A DNA stretch of 64,000 nt, taken from an uncultured Pseudomonadota bacterium. Its GTDB lineage: Bacteria > Pseudomonadota > Alphaproteobacteria > JACZXZ01. The stretch is taken from NCBI GenBank assembly GCA_963749075.1, contig CAVVLJ010000016.1, forward strand, positions 1 through 64,000. The letters run 5' to 3'. The notes below the pieces were generated by a model. That model was not told the DNA's origin. It did not search any database and saw nothing but the letters and a program-made list of their open reading frames with translations. Numbering within the stretch: the stretch's first letter is position 1; each line of letters opens with the position of its first letter. The translations under genes and the position numbers were made by a program. Of this stretch, positions 1 through 9,413 are shown in pieces.

Positions 1-15
1 ATCGAGTGGGAGTGA
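1..15 (+). CDS. guaA: 3' end of GMP synthase (…IEWE*), or an att duplicate of it; gene body lies upstream of the window
   Basis: ATC GAG TGG GAG TGA = I-E-W-E-stop, matching the conserved GuaA C-terminus KPP(A/G)TIEWE. The copy at 26672 reads ACG ATC GAG TGG GAG TAG (TIEWE*). Only 15 nt are visible. Confidence 0.65.
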   Translation: MEWE

Positions 16-19
16 GGGG

Positions 20-280
20 TGGCCGCTCACGACAAATTATCTATATTCTTCAATCGGTTACAAAGTTGTGGGGTTGGTCAGGACGTATTGTTAGTCTCGG
101 GGGGCAGACCTCATAACTGATTGAATTACAAGGGGAATAAACAAAGGCGTCGAGCAAGTTTGAGCCGTGGATAGCAGATAAGTTGACGGTGTTTCTGACG
201 GTCTTTTGCGAAATGCACGCCAGCCGAAACTAAAAGACCGTCAGATTGAGCGGATAGCGCTGACGGTCTTTTCCATAAGG
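20..280. other. Left attachment end with IHF-like sites and arm-type motifs
   Basis: TTCAATCGGTTA (49-60) and TAACTGATTGAA (114-125) resemble WATCAANNNNTTR. TGACGGT occurs at 184, 196 and 261, with an inverted copy AAAAGACCGTCAG at 232-244. Confidence 0.6.
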
Positions 281-653
281 CGGCTGGTTCTGAAAAATGC
301 GCTGGGAGGGGTAATTTATAGCCTGTTCGGTACAGTTTTCGCGATAGCCAGCGGAGGTGGCGCATCGTGGTCTTTGAGAAAGTGTGCGTTGTCGTAGCTT
401 GGCTACAATTTGGGCGTCTAATCCAAATTCACCGAGTAGGGGTCTAACGATCTAACGCCGAGGCGAACTGTTGCAGAAGGCGCGAGCCGTCAAAGCCTTG
501 GGTCGGGGCTTACTCTCAAGCGCTAGCCCGGCGAAGCGCATATGAACCGATTACGTGGAAAGCCGCGCGCGAAAGATAGTCTGGTTTCCGGTCTGTCAGA
601 ACAGAAATATGTCTACATTCTTCTGACGGGCGCTGGTCGCCATCTTCAGAATG

Positions 654-1166
654 CTACGAAAACAATTTGGCGACCTCGGCCATTGGGGCGAACAATCTTT
701 GGCCTCCTTCGACGAGATATCTGAAACGGTAGCGCTGATAGAACCGAGCCGCCCTGTCGTCCTTGGCGTCGACGACGAAGGCGTAGGATGCGATCTCGTT
801 CCGCAGCACGCGGCTAAAGGCATCGAGGAGCATGAGCTCGCCGTGTCTTCGCCCCTGGTGGCGGGCATCGATCGCCAGCCGTCCCATCAGCGTCGCCGGT
901 ACGACCGGATAGCGCGGCAGGCGCTTCGCGAGCGCCTCGGGCAATTCGGCAAGCGCGATGCGGGTCGCCGCAAGCGTGTAATAGCCGATCGGAACGCGGT
1001 CGCCGTCGCTGACCAGCACGAAGCACGTGGCGACCCGCCGCCTTGCGTCCTGTCCTGCCTGGTGTCGCAGATACCTGTCCAGCGGCTCAACGCCGCTGGC
1101 GAAACTCTCTCGATCCTGTTGATCCGATAAAGGCTCGATACGCAGTGCGGGCGTAGCGGACGCCAC
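654..1166 (-). CDS. GNAT-family acetyltransferase toxin (TacT/AtaT-like)
   Basis: FASGVEPLDRYL, IGYYTL, PATLMGRLAID..QGRRHG, VVDAKDDRAARFY..Y.F motifs; abuts a DUF1778-like antitoxin. Confidence 0.9.
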   Translation of the reverse strand: MASATPALRIEPLSDQQDRESFASGVEPLDRYLRHQAGQDARRRVATCFVLVSDGDRVPIGYYTLAATRIALAELPEALAKRLPRYPVVPATLMGRLAIDARHQGRRHGELMLLDAFSRVLRNEIASYAFVVDAKDDRAARFYQRYRFRYLVEGGQRLFAPMAEVAKLFS

Positions 1167-1457
1167 TCAAGCACTGATCAGCTTGAGGTATCGTTGCGCG
1201 GCCGCTTTGAGCCGGGCGTTCGGCTCCCGCGGATTGAGGAGCGCCTCCGCGAAGACCCGGCTGTCCGCGGCGCTCAGGCGGATCGTCTGGGTTTCCTCGA
1301 TGACGCGTACGGCCGCGTCATGCACACTGGCGATCACGAAATCCGTCAGCGTGCGCCCCTGCAGCTCGGCAGCGCGTTGGAACAGCGCCTTCTGGTCGCG
1401 GGAGACCCGCGCCTCCAACCGCTCATCTCGCGCTTTGGTTGTGGCTTTTCCTGACAT
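1167..1457 (-). CDS. DUF1778-like ribbon-helix-helix antitoxin
   Basis: ERLEARV..DQKALFQRAAELQGRTLTDFV..IRLS..D...FAEALLNP..PN.RL; ATG at 1457. Confidence 0.9.
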   Translation of the reverse strand: MSGKATTKARDERLEARVSRDQKALFQRAAELQGRTLTDFVIASVHDAAVRVIEETQTIRLSAADSRVFAEALLNPREPNARLKAAAQRYLKLISA

Positions 1458-1493
1458 GTCGCGTATACCTTGAGTTGCATCCGGAACGCGGGT

Positions 1494-1524
1494 ATTATGT
1501 ACGGCCAATAGACGGACGTTTCAA
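1494..1524 (-). promoter_or_regulatory. Putative promoter/operator of the RHH-GNAT TA operon
   Basis: Minus-strand TTGAAA … CATAAT enclosing an imperfect palindrome TGTACGGCCAATAGACGGAC. Confidence 0.4.
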
Positions 1525-1629
1525 GTGGGAGTCTCAGAGGCGCCCGTTCATGACAGGTCTGGGGGAGGGACATGACACCGACTGGAGCATCACGCAAAAC
1601 GTCCAGCGCGATTTAGGCCCGGTGCAACG

Positions 1630-4427
1630 ATGAGCGCCGAAGATGATCAGATCGTAGGGCGACCTGATCTCGCGAAATCTCTTTCCGCGAGAGAGAACGA
1701 TTTCGCGAGCTTCTTCCGATATGCCACGGGATTTCGCCCATACCGATGGCAAATATGCGTTGCTGTCGAAGGACTCCCTGAATTCTTCCTGTTCCAACGG
1801 GATTGGGGAAGACGGAGGGCAGCGTATTGGCGTGGGCGTGGCGACGCTTTGCGCATAAGGCCGATGAACCTCTTCATCTCATTTATTGTCTGCCGATGCG
1901 CAGCCTTGTCCGGCAAACGGCCGAGCGGCTAAGAAACTACTTTGCGAACCTCAAGGAATGGAATGATTTAATCAACATTTCCGTCCACCAACTCATTGGC
2001 GGCGACGCCGATGAGACTTGGACCGCGGCGCCGGATCGCCCCTGGGTGCTCGTCGGGACGCAGGACATGCTTTTGTCTCGGGCGCTGAATCGAGGTTATG
2101 GCATGAGCCGCTTCGATTGGCCCGTGCATTTCGGTCTCCTGAACCAGGACTGCCAATGGGTCGTCGATGAAGTGCAACTCATGGGTCCCGGTCTTTGGAC
2201 AACGGCCCAATTGGATTGGATGAGGCGCAAACGCTTTCCTGGCTTGAAGCCCTGCCGCACCACGTGGATGAGCGCGACCATGGGCGCGCAGTTCCTCCAA
2301 ACGACGGATCGAAAGAGAGACGGATGCAACGCCGTGGAGCCTTTCGATCCAGACCTTGAAAGCGACTCGAACGAAGCTCTCAAACTGCGGCGGACCGCAT
2401 TGCGGCCGACCGAATTCCATCAGCCTGCGACGGGAAAGAAGGCGAAGCCGCTCACCGAGCAGATCGCATCCGAAGCCATCGCCGCTCACCTGCCGGGCTC
2501 GCTGACGCTGATCGTCTGCAACACCGTGAAAACGGCCCGGACTATCTTTCAAGAGCTCGGAGTGGGCGGAGCGCCGAAAATTCTGCTTACGTCGCGCTTT
2601 CGGGCCGGTGATCGCCGCGAGGCGGAAGAGGTTCTTCGAGCCTTCGAATCACGCCGCAGCGCAAGTCCAAACGGGTGCATCGAGGGAGACGATCCAGGGC
2701 TGATCTGCGTCAGCACGCAAGTCGTCGAAGCAGGACTCGACGTTTCGGCTCACCGGCTCTGGACGGAGCACGCGCCCTGGCCTTCGCTGATTCAGCGGCT
2801 GGGCCGCCTCAACCGTGACGGCACGGACAACGAGGCCCGCGCGATTGTCTGGAAGCTCAGGCCGGAAAATAAGCGAAAGTACGAAGGCGAGGACTGGATC
2901 GGTCCTTACCGGAAGGCTGGGCTGGACCAGGCGTCATCGCTGCTCAAAGCGCTTACACCGCTCTCCCAACAGAAGACGGCTGTAGAGGCGCTCTCAGGGC
3001 TTCAGGCACAGAAGCCCGAGGAATATGCCAAGGCGCTCGCGATCCCGCCGGAGCCATGCCCACGCGCGCTCGATGTCCATAGCCTGTTCTCGACGGAGCC
3101 GGACCTGCACGGCGGCTTTACGGATGTGAGCCGGTTCGTGCGAAATGCCGATCCTGACGCCGACCTGATCGTGTTCTGGCGCGACTGGCGGGGCGGAGCG
3201 CCGCCCATTGGCGACGCCCTCGACGGCCCGCCGCTCGACCTGAATGCCGAAGCTTGCCCAGTGGCGTTGTGGCGGTTTCAGGAATTCCTCAAGACCGCCC
3301 ACGCCCACGCCTGGCTCTGGAATGACCGTGCAGAGCACTGGGAGCCGGTATCATTCCAGAACCTGAAGCCTGGCATGACGGTCATGCTGCGCGGCGATGT
3401 CGGCGGCTACAGCAAAGCCCTCGGCTGGACCGGCGCCACGAGGGATCGCCTGAACGACCTGCCATCAGCAGGAAGGGGACGCGCCTTACGTGACGATTGG
3501 CGTGCCGAAGCTGGCTATTGGTCGAGCTTGGCGTCGCACCTCGCAGACGCGCGCGGCGAAGCAGAACGCCTCTGTGATGCGCTGGCTCTTCAAGCGCCGA
3601 TCCGAACAGCCGTCGTCGAAGCCGCCGGCCTCCACGACCTTGGCAAGGCGCATCCGGATTGGCGGGGCGCGATACCCGAGAGTGGCCCCCTCGATTGCGA
3701 GGCTCTGGCGAAGTTCCCGAAAGTGCTTCGTATCGAGGTGTTGAGCCAAGATGCCGAAGGAGTGCGAACGGCGGTCAGACCAAAGCTTGCGACCGCAAGC
3801 GCCCTGTCTGATGAAGAGGTGAACGAGGGCAAGATAGTCCGTCTTCGCTGGGCTCTCGAACGCTCACTCGACCAGATCACGCTCAAAGAGATTCGAGCGC
3901 TCTCAGGCGTCAGATGGGCAGCGTACAAGACGTTCCGTCCTGGCATGCGGCACGAGGCGGCGTCCGCTCTCGCCATGTGGCGGCAATATACGGTTGCGAA
4001 TGAATCGCCATACCCGGCCCTCGCCGTGTATCTCGCCGCCGCTCATCACGGGAAGGTGCGGACGGTGCTGAAGGCGATCTCGCGGGAAGGAGGGGACGTG
4101 TTCGGCGTCGGCCGAACGCCCGAGACGCTACGGTTCGATGACCGAGACTGGCCGATGGAATTCTCGGTGGCTCTCGACGGCTCCGATGGCGAGTGGATCG
4201 AGGACGGCTTTGCGGTCGCTGGGCCCGGCTGGACCGGCATCGTAGCCGACCTGCTCGGGCCGTGGCGCGGTGGGTTCGACGCTGCGTGGACGGGCGCCGT
4301 GCCCTGGGACGAGCCGCGTGCGCTCGGCCCGTTCGCGCTCGCCTGGCTCGAGTCGCTCGTCCGTGTTGCTGACTGGCGCGCGAGCGACCACCCCTCCCAG
4401 GTCGTCCGAGTCGGAGGTGACGGATGA
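1630..4427 (+). CDS. cas3: Type I-G (I-U) Cas3 helicase with C-terminal HD nuclease; 1-bp frameshift at ~1783
   Basis: ORF from 1630 gives F..ATGFRPYRWQ..EGLPE; the next frame continues LPVPTGLGKT (Walker A), DEVQ, MSAT, STQVVEAGLD, QRLGRLNR, then HL…HDLGK…HE…HHG…ADWRAS. Confidence 0.93.
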
Positions 4428-6553
4428 GGACGAACCAACAGGTCTTACCCGTCATTTCAGTTCCGGGGCTGCGGCCTACCAGCCTCGGTGCCTATCTCGC
4501 CGCGCTCGGTCTGCTGAAAGTCCTTTCGCACCGCTGGCCTGATGTACGCGCGGCCTGGCGCGATGGTGTGTTCCATCTGGTCGGCGGTCCGGCGGACCGC
4601 GATGCGCTGGCGGACGCTCTCATAACCGTCGCAGATCAGGCGTCATGGACGCCCTATGATCGGGGCTGGGCCGACGCTCAGAAAGCCAGCACGAAAGCGA
4701 AATCAGGCGCGAAACTGGCGTTATGGCAAGCGGAAGCTGATGAAGCCGATCTGGAATTGTTCGCCGCTCACGCCGCTCCTGCATCGCGGGTGTTCTTCAA
4801 TCCATTGCTGGGTAGCGGCGGCAATGCGGGCAAGCGGGCGTTCGCCGATGGTTGGAAGAAGGCGACGGAGGCGCTCCAACCTCCCAAAGCGTCCAAGAAG
4901 AAGGCAGCAAACACCGATGATCGGCGTGAGGCGCTGAACACGTTTCTCGACGGTGAGGCGTCAGTATGGCAGACGGAGAAGCTCAATGCCGCCTCCTGGT
5001 TCAGTGACGCCAATAAGCTCTACAACAGCGGCCAGAACTCTTTTAGTGAAGGTGCGATCTCGCCTTGGGCCATGGCGCTCGCTTGCGAGGGGCTCGTCTT
5101 CTTCGCCGGGAGTGCATCGCGGCGGCTCGGTGCGCGGACCCGACCCGTCGGTGCCTTCCCCTTCGTGGTTGAGGCCGCATCGCCCGAAACATCGGGCGAG
5201 GCCGGACGTGATCGGGGCGAGGTCTGGGCTCCGCTGTGGTCCCGTCCCATGACCGTGCCCGAAGTTGCTGCCCTGTTTACGCGGGGACGGGCTGAAATCG
5301 GCGGTCACGGGGCGGTAACGCCTGCCGCCTTCGCTGTCGCCATAACGCGGCGCGGCGTCGATGCCGGTATTGAAGAATTCCGCCGCTTCGCACTGGGCAA
5401 GACCACCAGCGCCAACACCTTCGAGCCGCGCTATCTCGGTGCCGCGCCGGTTCCGGCTGGCTCTCCCGATGCTCAATCCGACACCTTCGAGCGGATATGT
5501 GGCCTGATCGAGAGCCTGCCTCGCGACCGGAAAGAAGGACAGCGCTGGCGCTTTGTCGGGCTGCGCGGTCCCGTGGAAATCGCGCTCGTAAGCGCCGCCG
5601 GCAGACCACACAATGCTGAAGCAATGACGGCTTTGCTCGATGCCGCCGTCCAGGCGCTGGACCGTGTGGATGTCAACCGATCCTTCTGCGAAAAGGGCGT
5701 CTCGTGGCAGCCGCTGCCGCTCGATTGGCTGTCGGATTTGTTCAGCGGCGACGCACCCGATATCGAGGCGTGCCTTGCTTTGTCGCTGATTTCAGCCTTT
5801 CCGGTTGAATATCCGTTCGCGCTCTATCGGTTCGGTATCGAGTGGCGGAACCAGAGTGGAGACGGGCGGCCAAGAAAGAGCTCTCCGTACATCCATCCCA
5901 AGACGCCGCCTCCACGTTGGGTTTGGCGCGCTGGTCCGCTGGCGCGAAACCTCAGCACAGTTATTCAGCGCCGGTTGCTTGACTGGGAAGACCACGAAAA
6001 GCTTGGCACACCGCCTCTGCGCAGTCCAATTGCGGCCCGCATGTCCGATGTCGGGGCGTGGCTCGACGGCCATGTGGACGAGGCGCTTCTCGCCCGCTGG
6101 CTCTCCCGGATGGCGTTATTCGACTGGTTCTTCATACCTCCAAGCGTTCGCGCGCTCTCGCCCTTCGAGCGGGGGGACATCGGGGTGGGATCGGCACTCG
6201 CCCTCTACGGCCTCCTTCACCCGCTGTTCGATCTGAGGCCCGTGTCGGACAATGGCCGAAAAGAGGGACGCGATCTTCTGCCTCCCGACACCGGCGCACG
6301 CACATCGGCGGCAGCGCGCAGGATGGCGGCACTCGTTCGCGGCGGGGATATCGACCGCGCCGTCGAGGTCGCCTGTTCGCGCTTCGCCATGGCGCAGGCC
6401 CCGCTCATGCGAATGAATACGCCGTGGGCGATCACCGACCCGGAGCGCCTGCTTGCCGCCCTCCTGTTTCCCGTTTCCAACCGTGACCGAAGCGCGCTGG
6501 TCCGGCGCTGGCTGCGCCCGCAACGCCAAGCAACTGAGGTGATCCATGCCTGA
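4424..6553 (+). CDS. csx17: Type I-G large subunit Csx17/Cas8g (Cas8u2)
   Basis: GL.P..L..YL.ALG, FNPLLGSGGNAG, PW...LA.EG, RGEVWAPLW.RP and GID.F.R motifs; position between cas3 and cas7. Confidence 0.85.
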   Translation: MRTNQQVLPVISVPGLRPTSLGAYLAALGLLKVLSHRWPDVRAAWRDGVFHLVGGPADRDALADALITVADQASWTPYDRGWADAQKASTKAKSGAKLALWQAEADEADLELFAAHAAPASRVFFNPLLGSGGNAGKRAFADGWKKATEALQPPKASKKKAANTDDRREALNTFLDGEASVWQTEKLNAASWFSDANKLYNSGQNSFSEGAISPWAMALACEGLVFFAGSASRRLGARTRPVGAFPFVVEAASPETSGEAGRDRGEVWAPLWSRPMTVPEVAALFTRGRAEIGGHGAVTPAAFAVAITRRGVDAGIEEFRRFALGKTTSANTFEPRYLGAAPVPAGSPDAQSDTFERICGLIESLPRDRKEGQRWRFVGLRGPVEIALVSAAGRPHNAEAMTALLDAAVQALDRVDVNRSFCEKGVSWQPLPLDWLSDLFSGDAPDIEACLALSLISAFPVEYPFALYRFGIEWRNQSGDGRPRKSSPYIHPKTPPPRWVWRAGPLARNLSTVIQRRLLDWEDHEKLGTPPLRSPIAARMSDVGAWLDGHVDEALLARWLSRMALFDWFFIPPSVRALSPFERGDIGVGSALALYGLLHPLFDLRPVSDNGRKEGRDLLPPDTGARTSAAARRMAALVRGGDIDRAVEVACSRFAMAQAPLMRMNTPWAITDPERLLAALLFPVSNRDRSALVRRWLRPQRQATEVIHA

Positions 6554-7709
6554 AGACCAGATTTCGCCGATCATACTGGCGCCTCAGAGCGTCCTGCACG
6601 GCGCATCGCCTCTGGTGCTGACCGCAACGCTCAGGCCCGTCGCGGGCCTGGACCGCTTCCAGCCGGCCGGCTTTCCGGAGATCGGTCACGTCATCTACAA
6701 GGCGCCACGGAAGGATGGTCGTGTCGAGAATGTCTGCATCGTCGACAGCCCGGCCAGCATGGCGAACCATCTCGAATCTGTGTGCCTGCGCGGCCCACAC
6801 GACCTCGAACTCGACGACGACCTCGCAGGCATGCCCTACCTGCGCTGCGTCACCGGCGATTTAGCGGACAAGAAACTTCCGTCGGAGAAGCGCGAACTCG
6901 TTGTTACAAGCCTTACGGAAGGGCATCGAATCGCGTCAGACTATTTTCTGGAGGGACAGGAGCTTAAGTCAGATGATGAGCTTGGCGCAAAATTCAGCGC
7001 AAGGCTCATGGAAGAATTCGAGGCCCGACCTCTCAAAGGGGGGAATGCCTACCTTCCTCCAGCAGGTTGGTGGAATGTCTTTCACCACATCTATCGGTAT
7101 GATCCAAATGCCCTGGTTCACGGTGTTCTCTTTCCTAAATGGCAGATCAAGATTGCGCGATTTTTGACTGCACATTTGGAGGCTTTCGGTGCCGCGCGCG
7201 TCGATCGCTCGGGCGTCAAGTTCGATCGTCTGGGCAAGACAACGTCCGGTCAGCCCATCTTTGCCGTCGATGACGCCACCGCCGGCGAGGTCCGCGCTAC
7301 CTTCATTCTCGATGTCGCGCTCCTTCGCTCCTTCGGTCGCACCGAGAAGAAGGATGGTTCGGACGGCGAGAAGGTGCGCGGACTATCGGAAAAGCAAAAG
7401 GAGTTCGTTGTCGCACTTGTCCTCTGGAAGGTCGACCGGCTACTGAAAACCCCATTCCGCTATCGCTCCGGCTGTCACCTCGAACTCGTCAGTCTCAAGC
7501 ATAGCGAGCAAGATGTTAGGCTAGACGTGAACATGAAGGATGCGATCAAGAGCGCCGCGTTCAGAGCCGAAGACGATCAGACGCCAATCGTCACAGACAT
7601 CTATTGGCCGCATAACGAACTTTATCGTGAAGGCAAAGACGATAATAAGTCGGTTTCCGTAGACGGCAACGACAATGGGGCCGAGGATGGTGACAGCGAG
7701 GACACGTGA
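6546..7709 (+). CDS. csb1: Type I-G Cas7 backbone (Csb1)
   Basis: RFQPAGFP.IG, IVDS.ASMANHLE, HRIAS, YDPNALVHGV, RYRSGC.L motifs. Confidence 0.9.
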   Translation: MPEDQISPIILAPQSVLHGASPLVLTATLRPVAGLDRFQPAGFPEIGHVIYKAPRKDGRVENVCIVDSPASMANHLESVCLRGPHDLELDDDLAGMPYLRCVTGDLADKKLPSEKRELVVTSLTEGHRIASDYFLEGQELKSDDELGAKFSARLMEEFEARPLKGGNAYLPPAGWWNVFHHIYRYDPNALVHGVLFPKWQIKIARFLTAHLEAFGAARVDRSGVKFDRLGKTTSGQPIFAVDDATAGEVRATFILDVALLRSFGRTEKKDGSDGEKVRGLSEKQKEFVVALVLWKVDRLLKTPFRYRSGCHLELVSLKHSEQDVRLDVNMKDAIKSAAFRAEDDQTPIVTDIYWPHNELYREGKDDNKSVSVDGNDNGAEDGDSEDT

Positions 7710-7712
7710 GCC

Positions 7713-9413
7713 ATGCGGCTGGTTCTGCGACAGTCATTTCCCCTCGGGCGTTTTCATGCGACACAGTGGCGGGCCAGTCCCTTTGACGAGGAACTCGCTG
7801 GCGAATGGCCGCCGAGTCCTTGGCGCCTGACACGCGCCGTTGTCGCCCGCTGGTATCAATGGCGTCGTGAGACGGTTGGGACTTGGCCCGAGGACGAGCT
7901 TGAAAAGCTCATTCGAGCGTTGTGCACAAGTGACTACCACTTCCATTTGCCGGAGCAAGCACGTCAGTCCGTCATTCTCCGCCAATACCAGCCCGCCGAA
8001 TTCCGGATGGACCCACCTAATTACAAATCATTTGAGGCCGAATTCACTGCAACTGATAGTGCGGAGCAGAAACTTAAAGGTATCGCACAGAGTGTGAAGC
8101 GTCACGAATCGCGCCTATTGGTTCGAGTGAAAAAGAAACGTGCTCAGAAAAAGGTTGAAGGAACAATCGGAGCGCCACTCGGCAATTGGCGGGGACTCGA
8201 TCCTGATCCCGGCACCCGTGGTTACGGGACCAATCTCACCGAGGACAACGCTTGGTGCATTCCACCGGACGAAAGCCTGTTCTGGTTCGTTGAGGGTGAC
8301 AGTTGGACGCCGGAACTTGCGGAGGTCCTCGACCGATGCCTCGAACGGATTGTCTATTTTGGGCGCGCTGAAACGTTGACGCATATATGCCGCACCGATG
8401 AGGCGCCGATATCGGAGAACGTGAGGCTCTCCGAAAACAGGACCTCCGGCCGCCTAGTCCCGGTGCTGGTTCCGTGCCTCGATGCGACTCAGACCGATGT
8501 CGAGCGTGTGACGCAAGACCCGCTGGCCGCGCGCAATATCCCGCAAGGTGCCCGCCTGCTCTACGCCCAAAGGCCGCCACGCCCACCCGTCCGAGAGGCG
8601 CCCCGCCGTATGCCCGTGCGGCCAGACACACATCTGGTTCAATTTGCCCTTGGTTGGGCAGTAGCGCCGGAACAACGCGCTACAGTGCGCCTGACCACTC
8701 GCTTTCGTGCTGCGGTGCTCCGCAATCTCATCCGCATAAAGACAAAAGGTACCACAGCTAGGTGGAGCGAAGCGCCTGCCGACATTCGCGATGAAATCTC
8801 GGGAATGACCGGCAAGGACCCACAGGGAGAGCCGCTGCGAGGCCCAAGAGCGCATGCCGAGTTCCTGCTTTGGTGGGATAGCGGTGTTCCAACACGCCTT
8901 CTCGTCTGGCGAGGCGCTCGCCCGTTCGACGGGGATGAACTGGAAGCCATACTGCGTGCCGCTGCGCAGGAGTTGTCGTGGGCGGCGGCTGGGCCTGACG
9001 CCGAAGCGTGGAAGATCAAGCTCGTCCCTCTGGACGCCGTAATTCCACCCCCGCCGGGGTTCGACGGAGCATCGGCGACGGCTTGGCGAACACTCACGCC
9101 CTATGTTCCGCCTCGCCACCATTTGCGCGGCGGAAAGGTCCGAGAGTCCGAGACGATCAATAATCAGATCCGCCGTGAGCTTGCCGCGCGCGGTTATGCG
9201 TCGGGCGCCGAACTTCTATCTGTGAAAGAAATCGCTCCTCCGACATGGGTAGCTGTACATGTGCCACGACGCCAAGCTGACCAGCGGCCATTTATTGGCG
9301 AGCGCCTTAGCTACCGACTTCAGCTTGTGTTTACCCGGCCAATCGTCGGGCCAGTTCGGCTAGGACACTCAAGCAGCTTTGGTCTTGGATTGTTTTCGCC
9401 GGTTGCGTCATGA
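7713..9413 (+). CDS. csb2: Csb2 (Cas5-Cas6 fusion)
   Basis: FPLGRFHAT.W, EWPPSPWRL.RA, YFGRAE, W.T.TPY.PPRH and the C-terminal G-rich loop GP..LGHSSSFGLGLF. Confidence 0.9.
   Translation: MRLVLRQSFPLGRFHATQWRASPFDEELAGEWPPSPWRLTRAVVARWYQWRRETVGTWPEDELEKLIRALCTSDYHFHLPEQARQSVILRQYQPAEFRMDPPNYKSFEAEFTATDSAEQKLKGIAQSVKRHESRLLVRVKKKRAQKKVEGTIGAPLGNWRGLDPDPGTRGYGTNLTEDNAWCIPPDESLFWFVEGDSWTPELAEVLDRCLERIVYFGRAETLTHICRTDEAPISENVRLSENRTSGRLVPVLVPCLDATQTDVERVTQDPLAARNIPQGARLLYAQRPPRPPVREAPRRMPVRPDTHLVQFALGWAVAPEQRATVRLTTRFRAAVLRNLIRIKTKGTTARWSEAPADIRDEISGMTGKDPQGEPLRGPRAHAEFLLWWDSGVPTRLLVWRGARPFDGDELEAILRAAAQELSWAAAGPDAEAWKIKLVPLDAVIPPPPGFDGASATAWRTLTPYVPPRHHLRGGKVRESETINNQIRRELAARGYASGAELLSVKEIAPPTWVAVHVPRRQADQRPFIGERLSYRLQLVFTRPIVGPVRLGHSSSFGLGLFSPVAS

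Noticed and set aside
277-653. Possible integrase remnant after the left arm sites
   Set aside because: No integrase-like motif is recognisable in any frame by eye.
1477-1492. GCATCCGGAACGCGGG resembling the repeat start (possible CreA-like mini-repeat upstream of cas3)
   Set aside because: Only 7 contiguous matches, with no hairpin and no ATTGAAG handle nearby.
1803-1805. TTG start for cas3 proposed by the ORF track
   Set aside because: It lies inside Walker A; the real N-terminus is in the 1630 frame.
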